Shown one piece after another: positions 50,461 through 59,480 of a stretch of 64,000 bases of DNA. This stretch comes from an uncultured Chloroflexia bacterium (lineage in GTDB: Bacteria > Chloroflexota > Limnocylindria > Limnocylindrales > CSP1-4), in the NCBI GenBank assembly GCA_963757765.1, contig CAVWSL010000015.1, positions 1,392,553 to 1,456,552 on the forward strand, in the 5' to 3' direction. Each line of letters opens with the position of its first letter. The first letter of the stretch is position 1. Made by a program: the position numbers and the translations under genes. A model generated the notes under the pieces. It had not been told where the DNA came from, made no database searches, and saw nothing but the letters and a program-made list of their open reading frames with translations.

Positions 50461-53400
50461 TCAGTCCGGCCGGACCGGAGATCCCGCGGTCGTGAGGCTC
50501 GACGCTTCGGATGGTGCTGCGGTGGGCGACGCGGTGGGCAGGCCGCGTAGCAAGGTCAGCGCGCCGATCTCGGTGAGGACCACGCGCGCCTCGTCGGCCG
50601 CGGCCGCTGCGCCGCTCGCGGCGGGTGCGAGCATCGCCCGCGCACGCAGCGCGACGGCCAGGAGGAACCGCAGTCCGCCGGTCCGCAGCGCCCCGATGCC
50701 GGCGTCGACCTGGCCCAAGCCGGCCTCGTCCCCGGTCATCACGCGCACGGCCCCCTCGGCCACGTCCTGCTGCGGGCTCCGGCCGAGCTTCCCCCGATCG
50801 CCGCCCGTCGCCAGGTCGTGACCGATCTCCGTCGCCCGGTCGATGTCGCGCAGCTCGATGGCGACCGCGACCTCGATGAGGTGATAGCCGGTGACGCGGA
50901 GCTCGCGGACCAGGCGATCGGCCTGTCGGCCATGTGCGACAGCCACCTCGAGGTCACCCTCGGCGAAGGCGAGATGTGCCCGACAGTCATTGACGGTCAG
51001 CAGGACCTGCGGGTCACCGACGTCCGGGAACCGGCCATCGAACCGGTCGAGCATCTCGCGTGCGTCGGCACCCCGTCCTCGATAGCTCCGGACGTTGCAG
51101 ACATTCGCCGCGACGCTGAAATCCCAGGCGTTCACCCAGCCGCCCAGCACATCCAGCGACTCGAGCTCGGCTGCCATCGCCTCGACACGGTCGAACCAAC
51201 CCAGCCGGAACGCCGCGTCGCAGGCATTGCCGGCAGCGGCGATGGCCCAACCCTTGTACCCCCGTTCGGCTGCTCGCTTGGCGCCGATCCAGGCGACCTC
51301 GACCGACTCGCTGGGTTCCTCTTCCGCGTTGAAGGCGGTCAGGTTCATGCGGCTGCGCATCTCGGCGCTGAACATGCCCTCCCGCTCGGCGAACACGAGG
51401 CCACCTCGCAGCAGCGCCACGGCTTCGATGGCACGGCCATCAGCGGCGATGGCCCAGCCCTGACTGGGCAACAGCTCCGCGACCACCTCCCGCAGGCCGA
51501 GCCGATCGGCGACCGGCAGGATGCGATCGATGAGCTCCCTCGCTGCGGCCGGCTCGCCACGCATGAGGTAGGCGCGGGCGAGCTCCGCCAGGAGCCGGAT
51601 GCCATCGGGGTCGCGCTCGGCATCGGACCCGATGCGGGCCTGGACACCGGTGGCCGCGGCGACCGCATCGGTGGGTCGGCCGTCGCTGATGATCGCGTTC
51701 GTGAGGATCGTGCCGGCACGAGCGGCCCGATCGAGCTCGCTGCCGGCCAGCGCCGCCTCCACCACCTCGCGCGCGATCGATTCCGCTTCGGCGTATCGCC
51801 CTGCCGCCTGGAGGGCGCTCGCGCGGGCCTCGAGCAGTCGCAAGCGCGTCGCCTCGTCCTCGGCCAGCGGCACCGCATCCGCGATGTGGGCGGCGGCGCT
51901 CGCATGAGCACCGATGGCGCGCGATCGGCTTGCGGCGGCCTCAAGGGCGGCGATCGTGCGCGACACGAGCTCGGCGCGATCCAGGTCATCGGGTGCACCA
52001 CGCAGGGCGCTCAGGTAGTGACTGGCGACGATGCCCGCGAGCTCATCGTTGCCCACCTGCTCGAAGGTCCTGGCGGCAGCGAGGTGGAGCGCCAGCCGGT
52101 CGCGTCGCGACAGGCGGCCATATGCGACGTCCCGGAGCACGCCCTGGATGAATCGGTACTGGCCGCGTTCGGGCGATGCGACGTCGTCCTGGAACTGCAT
52201 CACCTCGCGCTCGACGAGGCTGTCGAGGCTGGCCCGGACATCGGCCTCCGGTCGTTCGGCGAGCGCCGCGAGCGCCCCCACGCTGAAGCTCAGCCCCAGG
52301 ACCGAGGCGACGCCGACCAGCTGTCGGGACGGCTCGTCGAGGGTGTCCAGCCGGGCGCCGATGAGCGACTGCAGCGAATCAGGCACCGCGAGGTCGCCCA
52401 GGTCACTGTCCAGCCGGAACCGGCCACCCGTTTCGCTCAATCGCCCCTGGTCGAGCAGCATCCGGACCGTCTCCACGGCATAGAGCGGGATGCCCTCAGC
52501 GCGATCGCGGATGACCCGGAGGGCAGCCTGCGGGATGCCCGGCACGAGTCCCAGCAGCAGCGACTCCATCGCCTCGTCGGTCAGCGGCGAGAGGTCGAGC
52601 CGAGTGTGGTTGCGCACCGTGGCCCCAAACGTGGGGTGCTGCTCGATGAGCTCCGGGTGGGCGAGCGCGAGCACCAGGATCGGTCGGTTTCGACCCGAGC
52701 CCAGGAGGCCCTCGATGAAGTCGAGCAGGCCCTGATCGGCCCAGTGCAGATCCTCGAACACGAGCACGGTCGGTCCCCGGTCGGCGATGCGCTCGAAGAG
52801 GGTGCGCCAGGCGGCTGTCAGCTCCTGGCTGTTGGTGTTGACCGACCCGTCGAGGCCCAGCAGTGCCGCGAGCTGTGGCTCCACTCGTGCCCGCTCATCA
52901 GCATCCGGCAGGTACTCAAGGGCCATCTCGGTGAGCTTGCTCCGGGCGACGACCGGGGGATCCGATTCCGCGATCCGTGCTCGACCCCGGACCATCTCGC
53001 CCAGGGCCCAGAACGCGAGGCCATCGCCGTACGCCGGCGACCGGCCCTGGTGCCAGTAGATGTCCTCGACGACGCCGTCGATGTATTTCTCCAGCTCCCA
53101 GGCGAGGCGGGACTTGCCGATGCCCGCGATACCCAGAACGGACACGAGGCGAGCCCGACGATCGCGGGCGGTCGCATGGAGCAGCTCCTTGAGCAGCCGC
53201 AGCTCATCGTCGCGGCCCACGAAAGGGGCCTCAAGCCGGGTGGACCGGCCGTATCCGCCACGCCCGGCGACGACCCGCACCGCGCGCCACGCGGGCACGG
53301 GCAGCTGCTTGCCACGCAGCAGCTGCTCCCCCACAGGCTCGTAGGCGATGGCCGATTCTGACGCCCGGACCGTGGCCTCGCCCACCAGCACCGACCCTGG

Positions 53401-54033
53401 TGGTGCGACCGACTGGAGGCGGGACGCGGTATTCACCAGGTCGCCCGCCACCATCCCCTGGCCGTCGACGGCGAGGGAAACGGCGGCCTCGCCCGTGAGG
53501 ACCGCGCATCGGGCGGTCACGACCGACCCATCGGGCGTGCGCAGGGCACTCACGGCATCGAGCAGGTCGACCGCGGCACGCACCGCCCGCTCGGCGTCGT
53601 CCTCGTGCGCCACGGGCGTGCCCCAGACGGCCATCACGGCATCACCGATGAATTTCTCGATGGTGCCGCCATAGCGGTCGATGCGCTCGCGCGCGAGCGC
53701 GAAGTACCCGTCCAGGAACTCCCGCACCGCTTCCGGGTCGCGGTCGTCGGCCAGCGAGGTGAAGCCCACGAGGTCGGTGAACAGGACGCTCACGATGCGC
53801 CGCTCCGTGACCCGGCTGGCGCCAGACACGGCCGCCGGTTGGCTGCCGGTCGGACGGGCTCCCGGCGCGAGCGCCTGCCCGCACTCGTTGCAGAACCGGG
53901 CGCCGGCGCGGTTGATGGCTCCGCACGACGGACAGCCCGTCTGCAGCGCGCTACCGCATCCGTTGCAGAACCGCGCGCCGACCTGGTTGTCGGTGCCACA
54001 GTTGGCGCAGATCACCTGCTCGCTCGCTCCCAT
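50461..54033 (-). CDS. Large signalling ATPase: double zinc-ribbon + class III adenylyl/guanylyl cyclase + AAA/NB-ARC-like NTPase + TPR/helical repeats (no LuxR HTH)
   Basis: Start at Met 134 (54033, RBS AGGTCGGAG; alternative GTG 54036). Two CxxC…CxxC ribbons (ICANCGTDNQVGARFCNGCG; CPSCGAINRAGARFCNECG). Cyclase core …VLFTDLVGFT…GTIEKFIGDAVMAVWG… P-loop GIAGIGKSRLA. A long alpha-helical repeat C-terminus. The stop lies 3 nt before the start of the ABC exporter. Confidence 0.85.
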   Translation of the reverse strand: MGASEQVICANCGTDNQVGARFCNGCGSALQTGCPSCGAINRAGARFCNECGQALAPGARPTGSQPAAVSGASRVTERRIVSVLFTDLVGFTSLADDRDPEAVREFLDGYFALARERIDRYGGTIEKFIGDAVMAVWGTPVAHEDDAERAVRAAVDLLDAVSALRTPDGSVVTARCAVLTGEAAVSLAVDGQGMVAGDLVNTASRLQSVAPPGSVLVGEATVRASESAIAYEPVGEQLLRGKQLPVPAWRAVRVVAGRGGYGRSTRLEAPFVGRDDELRLLKELLHATARDRRARLVSVLGIAGIGKSRLAWELEKYIDGVVEDIYWHQGRSPAYGDGLAFWALGEMVRGRARIAESDPPVVARSKLTEMALEYLPDADERARVEPQLAALLGLDGSVNTNSQELTAAWRTLFERIADRGPTVLVFEDLHWADQGLLDFIEGLLGSGRNRPILVLALAHPELIEQHPTFGATVRNHTRLDLSPLTDEAMESLLLGLVPGIPQAALRVIRDRAEGIPLYAVETVRMLLDQGRLSETGGRFRLDSDLGDLAVPDSLQSLIGARLDTLDEPSRQLVGVASVLGLSFSVGALAALAERPEADVRASLDSLVEREVMQFQDDVASPERGQYRFIQGVLRDVAYGRLSRRDRLALHLAAARTFEQVGNDELAGIVASHYLSALRGAPDDLDRAELVSRTIAALEAAASRSRAIGAHASAAAHIADAVPLAEDEATRLRLLEARASALQAAGRYAEAESIAREVVEAALAGSELDRAARAGTILTNAIISDGRPTDAVAAATGVQARIGSDAERDPDGIRLLAELARAYLMRGEPAAARELIDRILPVADRLGLREVVAELLPSQGWAIAADGRAIEAVALLRGGLVFAEREGMFSAEMRSRMNLTAFNAEEEPSESVEVAWIGAKRAAERGYKGWAIAAAGNACDAAFRLGWFDRVEAMAAELESLDVLGGWVNAWDFSVAANVCNVRSYRGRGADAREMLDRFDGRFPDVGDPQVLLTVNDCRAHLAFAEGDLEVAVAHGRQADRLVRELRVTGYHLIEVAVAIELRDIDRATEIGHDLATGGDRGKLGRSPQQDVAEGAVRVMTGDEAGLGQVDAGIGALRTGGLRFLLAVALRARAMLAPAASGAAAAADEARVVLTEIGALTLLRGLPTASPTAAPSEASSLTTAGSPVRPD

Positions 54034-54080
54034 CACTCCGACCTGATCGATGAGAGTATCCGACCCGTGCGCGCACGCAT

Positions 54081-54668
54081 ATGCAGGACCGAGCGGAGGA
54101 TGCGTTGGACGACGAGCACCCGGGCCGGGAAGATGGGCCACTGGCCCTGGTCGTCGACGACCTCGTCCTTCGCCCGTGGCGAGCGACCGATGTCGAGGCG
54201 GTCCTGGAAGCCTGCCAGGACCCGGACATCGGGCGCTGGGTGAACATCCCACAGCCGTTCGGTGCAGCCGAGGCTGCCGCGTTCGTGGAGGGCGCGATCC
54301 GCATGTGGCGCGACGGGACGGGTGCTGCGTTCGCCATCGAAGACACGCCGGGGTCGCTGCTGGGGGCGGTGACCCGCTTCGGCCCGGATGGCCACACCGC
54401 CACGGTCGGCCTCTGGCTGGTGGCCGCGGCACGCGGCCGGGGCGTCGGCACCCGGGCGCTCCGGCGATTGGTGGACTGGACGTTCTCGACCACGGATGTC
54501 ATCCGGATGGAGGCGTTCATCATGGCCGGCAACGACGCTTCGGACCGCATGGTGGAACGGGTCGGCTTCCGGCGCGAAGGCCTGTTGCGCGCTTGGGACC
54601 TCGATCGCAGCGGCAGGCCTGTGGACTGCGTCGCCTGGTCGTTGCTTCGAGGCGAGCTGCCGAGGTAG
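54081..54668 (+). CDS. GNAT-family N-acetyltransferase (RimJ/RimL-like)
   Basis: …LVLRPWRATDVEAVLEA…, …RGRGVGTRALRRLVDWTF…; 195 aa. Confidence 0.8.
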   Translation: MQDRAEDALDDEHPGREDGPLALVVDDLVLRPWRATDVEAVLEACQDPDIGRWVNIPQPFGAAEAAAFVEGAIRMWRDGTGAAFAIEDTPGSLLGAVTRFGPDGHTATVGLWLVAAARGRGVGTRALRRLVDWTFSTTDVIRMEAFIMAGNDASDRMVERVGFRREGLLRAWDLDRSGRPVDCVAWSLLRGELPR

Positions 54669-54800
54669 GCCGACCGGACCGGGCCTGGTAGCGTCCGGAG
54701 GATCGGGGCAGGACCGGCGCAGCGCACAGAGCGTTGGGGGTCGATCCGCTGGAGCTGCCGGTGCAAGGCTCACGAGTGGCGAGTGGCGCAGAAGCGGTCG

Positions 54801-55376
54801 TCACTGTGGTGCCAGAACGCAACGCTCGAGCACGATCGACACCGATCGACACCGATCCGACCAGGACCTTCGCCGGCATCGTCTGGTGCGTTTCGACATC
54901 GGCACCCAGCAACCGCGTCGCGAGCCAGGCCCTCCCGGCACGGGTGACCGCCTCCGCGCCCCTGAACGAGACATCGCCCTGCAGTTCCAGCAGGATCGCG
55001 TCCCGGCCCCGGGCGGACAGGTGGGCGCGTCGAGTGCGGCCGCATAGACCAGCGGCTTGGACAACGACTGGAGCGTGAACTGCTGACGGGTGTCGCCCGC
55101 CTCATAGATGGCTCCATCGACCGTCGCGACGCAGATCCCGAACAGCTCGGGATCCATCCCCGCGAGTTCCGGGATGTAGGTCGCGACCGCGCCGTCGCGC
55201 AGCGGGACATGACGGTCGTGGATCCGCTCCAGCCACGCGGCGACCGGTGACGGCGACGAGGCCGGTGGGCCGTGGGATCCGCGCGCGAGGACGTGCGGCA
55301 CGGTCAGCTGCGGCGGGATCGGCGCCAGGGGCGCGCGCCGCATCGACTCCCCGTATCCATCCTGGGGCAGGGTCAT
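54801..55376 (-). pseudogene. glsA: Glutaminase (GlsA) N-terminal remnant
   Basis: …GAVATYIPELAGMDPELFGICVATVDGAIYEAGDTRQQFTLQSLSKPLVYAAALD… is collinear with glutaminase A residues about 20-110 and covers only 55029-55376. Downstream, none of the three minus-strand frames continues the family, and the gene is less than half its normal length. A CGATCGACAC duplication lies at about 54836. Confidence 0.5.
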
Positions 55377-55493
55377 GGCCGGGGAGGCTAGCGCCCGGCC
55401 CGACCCCGGACAAGGATCGCGTGGGTGGCGCACCCGAAGCGGTCGACAACCGGCTCCCGGTCGCAACCCGGCACCGGCAGGCCGAGGTCCGCG

Positions 55494-56264
55494 TCAGGCG
55501 GTGCCCGGAGCGGAGCCGTACATGATCGATCCCGGGGTCGTCAGCAGCTGCCCAGTCTCCAGCCACGTCTTGAGGCCCGACAGGATCATCGGCCAGCCAC
55601 CGTACAGCTGCTCGTTCGCACCTTCTCGCAGCTGGTCGTGGGTCACGGTCAACCGGCAGGAATCGCCCACCGGCTCGATCTCCCATGTGATGCGCGACGT
55701 GCCCTCGCTGCGCACGTCGTCGCCCCACAGCGCGACCATGCTCTGGACCAGCCGGCGAGGTGGGTCCACCTCCAGGTTGGTGCCCTCCCCCAGCAGCTCA
55801 GGCGCCGTGGGGGCGCCCATCTCGAATCGCGACCCAACGGTCCAGTCGGACGTGATGCGGGCACCGAACTGGTACTTGCTCCGGATGTGGGGGTCGGTGA
55901 TCGCCTCCCAGAGGCGCTCCGGGGTCGTCTTGATATAGATCTCGAACACCTTCTCCATCGGATCCTCCAGGCTCGACTTGATATCGCTGAGCGTGGCCGC
56001 CCAGGGTTCGGCGTACTTGCTCACCCACCGGTCGTGGACGAGCCGGATGGGCACCGGGTTGAGGAAGTGGTGCTTCTCGCGACCGCGTCGTCGCACCAGC
56101 ACCAGGCCGGCCTCCTCCAGCACCCGAAGGTGCTTCATGACCCCCTGGCGTGACATGGCGCAGCGCCCCTCGAGCATGACCAGGGTCTGGCCGTCCTCGC
56201 GGAAGAGGGCGTCGAGCAGATCCCTGCGCGTCGGGTCGGCGAGAGCCCGGAAGACGGCGTCCAT
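55494..56264 (-). CDS. Fused ArsR-family HTH / SRPBCC (AHSA1-like) protein
   Basis: N-terminus …FRALADPTRRDLLDAL…MSRQGVMKHLRVLEEAGLV… is ArsR-like. C-terminus …VFEIYIKTTPERLWEAITDPH…GGWPMILSGLKTWLE… has the AHSA1 domain. Confidence 0.8.
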   Translation of the reverse strand: MDAVFRALADPTRRDLLDALFREDGQTLVMLEGRCAMSRQGVMKHLRVLEEAGLVLVRRRGREKHHFLNPVPIRLVHDRWVSKYAEPWAATLSDIKSSLEDPMEKVFEIYIKTTPERLWEAITDPHIRSKYQFGARITSDWTVGSRFEMGAPTAPELLGEGTNLEVDPPRRLVQSMVALWGDDVRSEGTSRITWEIEPVGDSCRLTVTHDQLREGANEQLYGGWPMILSGLKTWLETGQLLTTPGSIMYGSAPGTA

Positions 56265-56276
56265 GCCGGGGATTAT

Positions 56277-56296
56277 AGGTAACTCATTGGTTACCT
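56277..56296. promoter_or_regulatory. Perfect inverted repeat (candidate ArsR operator) upstream of the fused ArsR-SRPBCC gene
   Basis: AGGTAAC-TCATTG-GTTACCT lies 13-32 bp upstream of the start codon at 56264. Confidence 0.5.
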
Positions 56297-56358
56297 GTCA
56301 ATCCCAGACAGTAGCGGTGACCAGGCTCACGTCCAGGAGCCGTCGGCTGCCCGAGCCG

Positions 56359-57246
56359 CTATCCCGCGCGGAAGGTCGTCTCCAGCTGGCCCAGACCCTC
56401 GACCTCGACGACCACCCGGTCGCCGTCGGTGAGCCAGACCGGTTCGGACATGCCGGAGATGACCCCCGCCGGCGTCCCCGTGATCATCACGTCACCCGGC
56501 ACCAGCGTGAAGTAGGCGCTGCAGTAGGCCACCAGCTCCGCGACCGAGAAGATCATGTCCGCGGTGCTGGAGTCCTGTCGCAGCTCACCGTTGAGCCACG
56601 TCCGGAGCCGGAGCGCCTGCGGGTCGGGGACCTCGTCCGCCGTCACGAGGTTCGGTCCGATGGGCAGGAAGCCGTCGAGGGTCTTGCCCAGCATCCATTG
56701 TGCGGTCCGGAACTGGAGGTCGCGCGCGCTCAGGTCGTTGGCGGTCGCGTACCCCAACACATGGGCCAGGGCGTCGGCGACGGGCACGTTTTTGGCTCGC
56801 TTGCCGATGATGACCGCGAGCTCCACCTCATAGTCGGCCTTGGTGGTGGTGGACGGGATGGTCACGGTCTCACCGTGCGCAGCGAGCGCGTTGGCGAACT
56901 TGTTGAACACGATGGGGTACTCGGGGATGGGCATCCCCGCCTCGGCGGCGTGTTTCCGGTAGTTGAGCCCGATGGCGATGATCTTCTGGGGCGCCACGAC
57001 GCACGGCCCCAGCGTCAGCCCCTGCGCATCGAGGATCGCCCCGGGCACCGAGGACGCACGCTCCGCCAAGGCGCGGATGGCAGGCAGGGCATCGATGCCG
57101 CGGTCGGCGATCGCGGACGTCGTTGGCGCCCAATCCGCCACGGGTGCCACGGCATGGATGGCCAGGAGGTCGACGACACCCTGGTCGGTGCGCAAGCCCG
57201 TTCGCCAAACGGCCCCGGGGGAAGCGGCGAAGGTCACGAGGCGCAT
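56359..57246 (-). CDS. Fumarylacetoacetate hydrolase (FAH) family protein
   Basis: Start at Met 160 (RBS AGGAGA). FAH core …KIIAIGLNYRKHAAE…, …DYEVELAVIIGK… and …GDVMITGTPAGV…. Confidence 0.8.
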   Translation of the reverse strand: MRLVTFAASPGAVWRTGLRTDQGVVDLLAIHAVAPVADWAPTTSAIADRGIDALPAIRALAERASSVPGAILDAQGLTLGPCVVAPQKIIAIGLNYRKHAAEAGMPIPEYPIVFNKFANALAAHGETVTIPSTTTKADYEVELAVIIGKRAKNVPVADALAHVLGYATANDLSARDLQFRTAQWMLGKTLDGFLPIGPNLVTADEVPDPQALRLRTWLNGELRQDSSTADMIFSVAELVAYCSAYFTLVPGDVMITGTPAGVISGMSEPVWLTDGDRVVVEVEGLGQLETTFRAG

Positions 57247-57544
57247 CGGGTCGGTCTCCTGGTGGGTACGTGGCTCAGGCCGGTGGCCCATGACCCGGTC
57301 GGTCGTGGATCCTGTCGAGTCAGACGATAGCGGGCCCGTGCGCTCGTCACGTGCCTCGATCGAGCGCCTCCGCATGAGCCAGGGAACCGTTTTGGGGCCT
57401 GGCGCGACGCATGGTGTATGAACGCAGCCGGATGTGCCGCGTCGGTACTCGGCGGCAGGCATGCAGCGAGACCTCGTGGCACTGGCGATCGAGGGCGATG
57501 ACGAGGCGTTCACCACCCTGGTGGAGCTGCACCTGATGGCCAGG

Positions 57545-57936
57545 TCAGGCAGCCAGAAGCTGAACCTTGTATGGGGCGAATCGCTCGTCCCTCGTCGCGA
57601 TGGTGAGTGACTCCACCTGCGCTTGCGCGATGAGCATCCGGTCGAACGGGTCCCGATGATGCCGCGGCAATGACCCGGCCGTCCTCGCATGCTCCAGCGA
57701 CATCGGTAGTGGACGGAAGCCACTCGCGATCAGCACGTCGATCAGGTCATCTGGCGCCTTCAGTCGTCCCGCCGCCCGTTTGATCTCGATTCTCCCAGAC
57801 AGAGGCCGCGCTCGCGAACACCTCATGGCGCCCGTCGCGCACCACGTCGAGAGCCGCGTCCGTGAGATGTCCCGGATCGACCATGGCCCACAACAGCACG
57901 TGTGTATCGAGGAGCAGCCTCAATCGCCCTCCTCGA
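57545..57936 (-). pseudogene. vapC: PIN-domain toxin (VapC-like) with a single-base frameshift
   Basis: TTG start overlaps the antitoxin stop (TTGA). The N-terminus LRLLLDTHVLLWAMVDPGHLTDAALDVVRDG…ASAASVWE reads in one frame. After an extra A at about 57790 (GGGAGAATCGAG), the C-terminus IEIKRAAGRL…HRDPFDRMLIAQAQVESLTIATRDERFAPY (ORF 57545-57826) reads in another. Confidence 0.5.
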
Positions 57937-58153
57937 ATAGACGGATCATCTCATCATCGGCCTCGTCGAAGTCGGGCGCGATCCACACCTTGCCCTTCCA
58001 GAGACCAAGCTCACGGTATTTGACGGGTGGCTCAAGACCCACCAGCCGTGCCACCGGCTTGCCAGCCCGCGCGATGACGATCTCCTCCCCTGCGGCGGCC
58101 CGATCGACGAGCCGCGAAAGGTGGGTCTTTGCCTCGTGGATGTTGACTGACAT
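57920..58153 (-). CDS. Phd/YefM-family antitoxin
   Basis: MSVNIHEAKTHLSRLVDRAAAGEEIVIARAGKPVARLV is a canonical Phd/YefM N-terminus. Confidence 0.8.
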   Translation of the reverse strand: MSVNIHEAKTHLSRLVDRAAAGEEIVIARAGKPVARLVGLEPPVKYRELGLWKGKVWIAPDFDEADDEMIRLFEEGD

Positions 58154-58240
58154 CGCCCGATATTACCGGACCCGACTTAGTCCAGACAAGCGCGATGAGC
58201 GACATGACGCAGGCCCTCGGTTGCATCTGAGGTTCGCTGC

Positions 58241-58636
58241 CTATCCCTCCAGGACCTCGATCCGGCAGTCCAGGCCACTGACGCGCGCAAGCCGTTCGTC
58301 CAGGGTGAGCAGCGTGCCGTCGAGTGCCTCCGCGAGCGCGACATAGAGCCCATCCCACGTCCGGACACGGTCACGCAACTCCCAGGCTCGCTGCAACAAC
58401 ATGCGATGTCCGAACCGCTCGGCTGGCCAGCCGCGCAGATCATCGACCGCCTGGTCCGCGGCGGTGCGGTCGAGGCGGCCGAGCATCAGGTCACGCCGGA
58501 TGATCCCGAGCACCTCGGCGTCCACGACATGCGGGGCCACCTGGTCGTGATCGAGCGCCAACCGCTCCCGGACTTGTTCTGATCGCGACGTATCCGCCAC
58601 GACCTCGTAGAGACAGGAGGCATCAACGACGAGCAT
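58241..58636 (-). CDS. vapC: PIN-domain toxin (VapC)
   Basis: MLVVDASCLYEVV… …VVDAEVLGIIRR… PIN acidic residues. A 14-nt overlap with the upstream antitoxin gene. Confidence 0.85.
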   Translation of the reverse strand: MLVVDASCLYEVVADTSRSEQVRERLALDHDQVAPHVVDAEVLGIIRRDLMLGRLDRTAADQAVDDLRGWPAERFGHRMLLQRAWELRDRVRTWDGLYVALAEALDGTLLTLDERLARVSGLDCRIEVLEG

Positions 58637-58868
58637 CGGGCCACGGCCCTCGCAGCTCGTCGACCGCCTCGAGGACCTGGACGCGGCTGATGCCGGATGG
58701 ACGCCGGCGAGTCCGCGCGAGCCACTCCTCCACCGTCGGACGCGACGCGAGTCGCGCTGCCTCTCGGCGCAACAGGTCTGGGACGGTCACGCCAGCCTCG
58801 GCCGCCCGCCGCGACAGCGCGAGGTAGACATCATCGTCGATGTCGCGGATCTGGATGGTCTTGGGCAT
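58623..58868 (-). CDS. vapB: Ribbon-helix-helix antitoxin (VapB-type)
   Basis: MPKTIQIRDIDDDVYLALSRRAAEAGVTVPDLLRRE is an RHH fold. An inverted repeat GCACGC-N11-GCGTGC lies just upstream (58869-58910), possibly an autoregulatory operator. Confidence 0.75.
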   Translation of the reverse strand: MPKTIQIRDIDDDVYLALSRRAAEAGVTVPDLLRREAARLASRPTVEEWLARTRRRPSGISRVQVLEAVDELRGPWPDARR

Positions 58869-58923
58869 GCACGCACCTTATCATGCGTGCGCGCATGTGG
58901 GACGGCCGATGGAACGACCTGTG

Positions 58924-59337
58924 TCAGGCGGTCACCTTCAGGCCACGGGCCGCCGATCCCTTGTGTGAGCCCGACTGGCACGTGACCGTGACCGGCCACG
59001 TGCCGGTCTTCGTGGCTTTGGGCACCGTCCAGGTCCAGCTGGCATTGCCCAGGACATTGGTCGTCTTCGCGCCCCCGGGATGTCTGCTCACGCCGTTGAC
59101 GACCATCCTGATGCTGCACCGGGCGTGGGCGCGGCTGTGAACGGTGACCGTGGCCGTCGTGCCTCGCTTGACCGGCGTCCGAAACGCCGTGTACTTGACG
59201 CTCAGGCCAGCCGCGTCGACCGGGGCGGTCGCGATGGGCAGGAGCAGCGTGACAGTCATCGCCGCAGTGATCAGGGCTCGATGCAATGGACATTCCCCCG
59301 GAGGCCGGCGACCGGTCCATCCGGTCCAAACCGCCAT
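58924..59337 (-). CDS. Hypothetical secreted protein (Cys-containing, about 130 aa)
   Basis: Hydrophobic leader …AAMTVTLLLPIATAPVDAAG… The start is uncertain (Met 59337, 59382 or 59259). Confidence 0.4.
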   Translation of the reverse strand: MAVWTGWTGRRPPGECPLHRALITAAMTVTLLLPIATAPVDAAGLSVKYTAFRTPVKRGTTATVTVHSRAHARCSIRMVVNGVSRHPGGAKTTNVLGNASWTWTVPKATKTGTWPVTVTCQSGSHKGSAARGLKVTA

Positions 59338-59480
59338 GGGTGAGCCTCGCGCCACCGTGTAAGGCTGGCCTGTGAGCCGCATGTGAACGCTCACAGGGAT
59401 CCGGCGGTGATGCGGCGCGGTCCCTGCGATCCTGTGCGAAGGGCATAGCATCGTCTCATCCGCAACACAGGGAACGTCTC

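Noticed and set aside
48236-50821. 861-aa plus ORF as one protein
   Set aside because: Beyond the about 120-aa sigma-70 region-2 fragment, it runs antisense to the ABC exporter and the cyclase genes.
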